Below, in pieces: positions 34,694-37,711 of a DNA stretch of 37,711 nucleotides (within the stretch, counting starts at the first letter, position 1; every line of letters starts with the position of its first letter). The notes beneath the pieces were generated by a model. The model did no database searches. It saw only the letters and a list, made by a program, of their open reading frames with translations, and was not told where the DNA came from. The DNA lies in contig CAYRJT010000001.1 of NCBI GenBank assembly GCA_964424675.1, positions 2,343-40,053 of the forward strand, in the 5' to 3' direction. The stretch is from an uncultured Lachnospiraceae bacterium (lineage in GTDB: Bacteria > Bacillota > Clostridia > Lachnospirales > Lachnospiraceae). A program made the translations under genes and the position numbers.

Positions 34694-34704
34694 ATGTTAA
34701 TTAG

Positions 34705-34733
34705 AGAATAGCATGAATCAACGATCATGTCAA
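34705..34733 (-). promoter_or_regulatory. Candidate sigma-A promoter of the flavin reductase-rubredoxin gene: TTGACA, 17-nt spacer, TATTCT
   Basis: On the minus strand the -35 corresponds to 34728-34733 and the -10 to 34705-34710. Confidence 0.55.
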
Positions 34734-34868
34734 CACAATTATTCCCTGATTGCAATCCATTTATCCATCCCTTTCTTTGCACAGAATCCAGAAGTGGATT
34801 TGACCTATATATCCGCATAGATAGCAGTGTGATGGGAAGATGCAGGGTTTTTGGACAAGTAAAGTATC

Positions 34869-34961
34869 AGAAATAAATAGAAATTCCAAAGAAATAAAGT
34901 AATCACATTTCTTTGGAATTTCTATGAAAGTTAAGGCGTTGCCTTGTCCAATATAGGATGG
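34869..34961 (-). ncRNA. Candidate small RNA or leader transcript of about 93 nt
   Basis: It is bounded by a near-consensus promoter (34968-34996) and a 19-bp perfect hairpin (34925-34877, 11-nt loop) followed by TTATTTCT on the minus strand. A 5-bp tri-loop hairpin AAGGC-AAC-GCCTT sits in the 5' part. Confidence 0.35.
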
Positions 34962-34967
34962 CACGAC

Positions 34968-34996
34968 ATTATATATCTGCTGTTTTGGAATTGCAA
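34968..34996 (-). promoter_or_regulatory. Near-consensus sigma-A promoter: TTGCAA, 17-nt spacer, TATAAT
   Basis: On the minus strand the -35 corresponds to 34991-34996 and the -10 to 34968-34973. There is no annotated gene directly downstream. Confidence 0.5.
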
Positions 34997-35036
34997 GTGT
35001 TCATGAAGCCTGTTTCTTGTCCAAAATTTGCTCTAA

Positions 35037-35097
35037 GCTGGAGGTAAAGGGGTGCAAGCAAAGGGATGGAAGCAAAAGGCTGGAGGCAAGTGAAAAG
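35037..35097. repeat. Four imperfect tandem repeats of 14-18 nt, purine-rich on the plus strand
   Basis: GCTGGAGGTAAAGG / GGTGCAAGCAAAGG / GATGGAAGCAAAAGG / CTGGAGGCAAGTGAAAAG. They lie directly after the stop codon of the minus-strand gene ending at 35108. Confidence 0.4.
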
Positions 35098-35107
35098 TCA
35101 GCGACCT

Positions 35108-36451
35108 CTACACCGCCAAATCCACATGCTGCAGCGTTCCAACCTCCCCACTTTCCTTCAAATAAACTCCCGTAGACCGAATCACTCCATTTGTCACGTT
35201 TGTCTCCTGGTTATTCAAGGAAAACTGCGTCGAAACATTCCCCAGAAACAGAGCACCGACGCCTGCCTCCTTTAGATTCAACAGTCTGTCATTTCCATTC
35301 TGATCCTTTGTCCAGATCTTCAGATCCTTGAACACATCATCTGCTTCATCAATCCATCCATTTCCGTCTTTGTCATAAGCAGCCAGATCCTTAAATCCAT
35401 CACCGGATTTCGTACCAAACAGCTCATTCCCGTCATTGATCTTGCCATCCCCGTTTTTATCAAGTGCCAGAAAACCGCTGCCGCCATCGACAAATGAAAT
35501 ATTGTCCTCATGACCGTCCGCATCAATATCAAAGAGGAATTTCTGGTCACTGACGGAAGCGACATTACTGTCCAGATTGATCACAAGCGGATCTGTAAAG
35601 ATATAACCGGCTTCTTCCTGCAAATATTCATTTTGTTCCATGTAGCTTCTCGACATCTCCAGTGTGATACCGAAATCAATCGACCGGCCATCTGCCGTCT
35701 GGACATTGCCCACGCTTGTAAATGCCGTGTTTTCCTCCTCCGACATGAAACTGGAAGCAACCGTCTGTTTTACCCAGATGCCATTGACGCCCCGTCCGTC
35801 TGACAGATTCACCTGAGAGTTCTCCATGAAAGCATTGCTCAGAGAGAGTCCGGCACTCATCGAACTCTGACGGCCGTATCCGGAAAAGAAAGAATCCAGA
35901 TCCTTTGACATCTTCTTTGAAAAGTCGTACATGTCAAATTGTCCCTTGGTGATCGGCATTCTGCCCTTTGTAAAGGACTTTTTTACCTGATTCAGAGTTT
36001 CTAAAATCCGCTTCAGAGTCTCGATCATGATCTCGTCCTCAGATTTTTCTCCGGATACACCGTTAGTATTTACCTTATTTGACTGGGTAACGAGCTGATA
36101 ACGCTCTTGTTTTTGCTGGTCACGCTTCATCTGCCGGAGCTTGGCCATCATTTGTCTGGACTCCTCAGAAATCGTCATGGAGACCCCATTGTTCGCTTTG
36201 ATTGTCGAACCTGTAGTATTTCCGCTTTCGAGAAGCCGTAATCCTGATACAGTTCCTCGTGTGATACTGACCGATGCAGAGGTTTCCTTTGAATAGTTCC
36301 GAGACGAGCCCATAGAAATATTGCTCGAATGAATCATCATGCTGCTCACATCCTTTCTCGCGCATGAAACCAGAGTTGATCTCCACCATCCGTGGGGAGA
36401 CAGATACCGTGTCAGAAAGTCCAAAATAGAAATGTACGCAAAATAAGACAA
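35108..36451 (-). CDS. Protein with a C-terminal Ca-binding (DxDxDG / EF-hand-like) repeat domain. The N-terminal half is low-complexity or coiled coil.
   Basis: DPLVINLDSN, FDIDADGHEDNISF, LDKNGDGKINDGNELFG, AAYDKDGNGWIDEADDVFKDLKIW. The start is uncertain: TTG at 36451 has AAGGTG 5 nt upstream, and ATG at 36340 is an alternative. Confidence 0.65.
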   Translation of the reverse strand: MSYFAYISILDFLTRYLSPHGWWRSTLVSCARKDVSSMMIHSSNISMGSSRNYSKETSASVSITRGTVSGLRLLESGNTTGSTIKANNGVSMTISEESRQMMAKLRQMKRDQQKQERYQLVTQSNKVNTNGVSGEKSEDEIMIETLKRILETLNQVKKSFTKGRMPITKGQFDMYDFSKKMSKDLDSFFSGYGRQSSMSAGLSLSNAFMENSQVNLSDGRGVNGIWVKQTVASSFMSEEENTAFTSVGNVQTADGRSIDFGITLEMSRSYMEQNEYLQEEAGYIFTDPLVINLDSNVASVSDQKFLFDIDADGHEDNISFVDGGSGFLALDKNGDGKINDGNELFGTKSGDGFKDLAAYDKDGNGWIDEADDVFKDLKIWTKDQNGNDRLLNLKEAGVGALFLGNVSTQFSLNNQETNVTNGVIRSTGVYLKESGEVGTLQHVDLAV

Positions 36452-36533
36452 TCTTTCACCTTGTATATATCGGCAAAATCAGCTAGTATGATAATAGAAA
36501 CTCGTAAAATTTATAACAAATGTGAGGTAATGT

Positions 36534-37679
36534 ATGAAAATATTGGTCGCGATCGATTCGCTGAAAGGAAGCCTGTCATCACTGGATGCAGGAGCTGCGA
36601 TTCAGCAGGGCATCAAAAAGGTATATAAGGATGCAGATATCACTGTAAAACCGTTGGCAGATGGCGGAGAAGGCACGGTAGAGGCGCTGGTTTCCGGCAT
36701 GGGAGGCGAGCTTGTCACCGTAAATGTTACAGATGCACTCGGCGAGAAGACAGATGCAGTCTACGGAATGATCGAGAGTAAAAAGCTGGCTGTTATGGAG
36801 ATGGCTGCAGCCGCCGGAATTACCATGGTGGCTGAACAAAAGCGCAATCCGAAAAACACAACGACCTATGGGGTCGGAGAAATGATATTAGATGCAGTGA
36901 AACGCGGATGCCGCGATTTTATCATCGGAATCGGCGGCAGTGCAACAAATGACGGCGGTATGGGCATGCTGGAGGCAATGGGGGTTAAATTCTTCAATGA
37001 AGACGGTGGTAATCTGGGACCCTATGGACTGGATATGCTGCGTGTCGCAGACGTGGATGCGTCAGGTTTGATGCCGGAATTGAAGGAATGCACATTCCGT
37101 ATTGCATGCGATGTTGAGAATCCGTTGTGCGGACCACTCGGTGCTGCGCATGTATACGGACCACAGAAGGGTGCAACACCACAGATGGTAGAGCAGCTGG
37201 ATGCGGGTCTGAAGAATTATGCTGATGTGATCAAAAAACGTTTGAAGCTGGATAATATCAATGTTCCTGGCAGCGGTGCGGCAGGTGGACTGGGTTATGC
37301 GTTTGTGACCTTCCTGCAGGGAAAACTGGAACCGGGGATTTCTATTATTCTGGATACAATCGATCTGGAAAAGGAAATAAAAGAAACAGATCTTGTCATT
37401 ACAGGCGAGGGCAGACTGGATGCCCAGACCGCGATGGGCAAGGCACCGATCGGAGTGGCCAAGCTGGCAAAACAGTATGGTAAAAAGGTCATTGCCTTTT
37501 GTGGAGCCGCTACAGAGGATGCAGCAGCCTGCAATCAGGCGGGAATCGACGCCTACTTCCCGATTTTACGCAGTCCGATGACCGTAGAGGAAGCCATGGA
37601 ACGGGATACAGCAGAAAACAATATCATGCTGACAGCTGAGCAGGTATTTCGTCTGATGTTACCATTCACAGCTGATTAA
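36534..37679 (+). CDS. glxK: Glycerate kinase
   Basis: MKILVAIDSLKGSLSS start, ADGGEGT, IIGIGGSATNDGGMGM, GSGAAGGLG, ITGEGRLDAQT. 381 aa. GAGG RBS. Confidence 0.9.
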   Translation: MKILVAIDSLKGSLSSLDAGAAIQQGIKKVYKDADITVKPLADGGEGTVEALVSGMGGELVTVNVTDALGEKTDAVYGMIESKKLAVMEMAAAAGITMVAEQKRNPKNTTTYGVGEMILDAVKRGCRDFIIGIGGSATNDGGMGMLEAMGVKFFNEDGGNLGPYGLDMLRVADVDASGLMPELKECTFRIACDVENPLCGPLGAAHVYGPQKGATPQMVEQLDAGLKNYADVIKKRLKLDNINVPGSGAAGGLGYAFVTFLQGKLEPGISIILDTIDLEKEIKETDLVITGEGRLDAQTAMGKAPIGVAKLAKQYGKKVIAFCGAATEDAAACNQAGIDAYFPILRSPMTVEEAMERDTAENNIMLTAEQVFRLMLPFTAD

Positions 37680-37711
37680 AAATAAAGATGCCAATAAACC
37701 AGAGATTCATA

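Noticed and set aside
34761-34964. A 67-aa minus-strand ORF (GTG start) covering the candidate sRNA and hairpin.
   Set aside because: It would start at the predicted transcription start with no RBS. It reads straight through the 19-bp hairpin and has an implausible composition.
1-37711. Scan for CRISPR arrays, tRNA or rRNA genes, IS transposases or integrases, and recognisable multi-gene defence systems.
   Set aside because: I found no regularly spaced direct repeats, no cloverleaf-like or rRNA-like segments, and no transposase or recombinase translations in any frame of the ORF track. The only mobile-element trace is the terminase fragment at the left edge.

Overview
This 37.7-kb window looks like a moderately AT-rich anaerobic Firmicute (Clostridia-like) genome, judged from AGGAGG-type ribosome-binding sites and gene content. 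The core is a two-part purine/urate fermentation gene set homologous to the E. coli ygeW-ygfK region. Part (i) is a minus-strand block at 4.3-8.5 kb: YheO-type regulator, ygeY, ygeW and carbamate kinase. Part (ii) is a plus-strand operon at 17.6-25.3 kb: ssnA, ygfK, hydantoinase, a molybdopterin-binding protein and an XdhC-like protein. Part (ii) runs without a break into modB, an asymmetric heterodimeric ABC exporter pair and a modC-like ATPase (25.3-30.6 kb). Between the two parts lie an orphan 491-aa PLP enzyme, ktrB-ktrA, a 29-codon membrane-peptide ORF, a short KdpD-like kinase, kdpE, a threonine-synthase-like PLP enzyme and a DUF3048 lipoprotein. The left end (1-4.2 kb) looks decayed or mosaic. 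It holds an in-frame glutamine-synthetase/phage-terminase chimera at a sharp GC step, a radical SAM gene coupled to a 5'-truncated HTH-DUF5680 gene, an AT-rich island carrying an ATPase behind iteron-like repeats, and a short VOC gene. The right end (30.6-37.7 kb) holds accessory genes: a GNAT, a PD-(D/E)xK-like protein, a P-loop ATPase coupled to an MGMT-family protein, flavin reductase-rubredoxin, a Ca-binding-repeat protein and glycerate kinase. Two long repeat-rich non-coding regions (15.6-16.2 kb and 34.6-35.1 kb) contain a 156-bp palindromic element, a candidate small RNA of about 93 nt and a Fur-family-like operator. I saw no rRNA, tRNA, CRISPR array or transposase. All family assignments come from reading the translations by eye, and no database search was possible.
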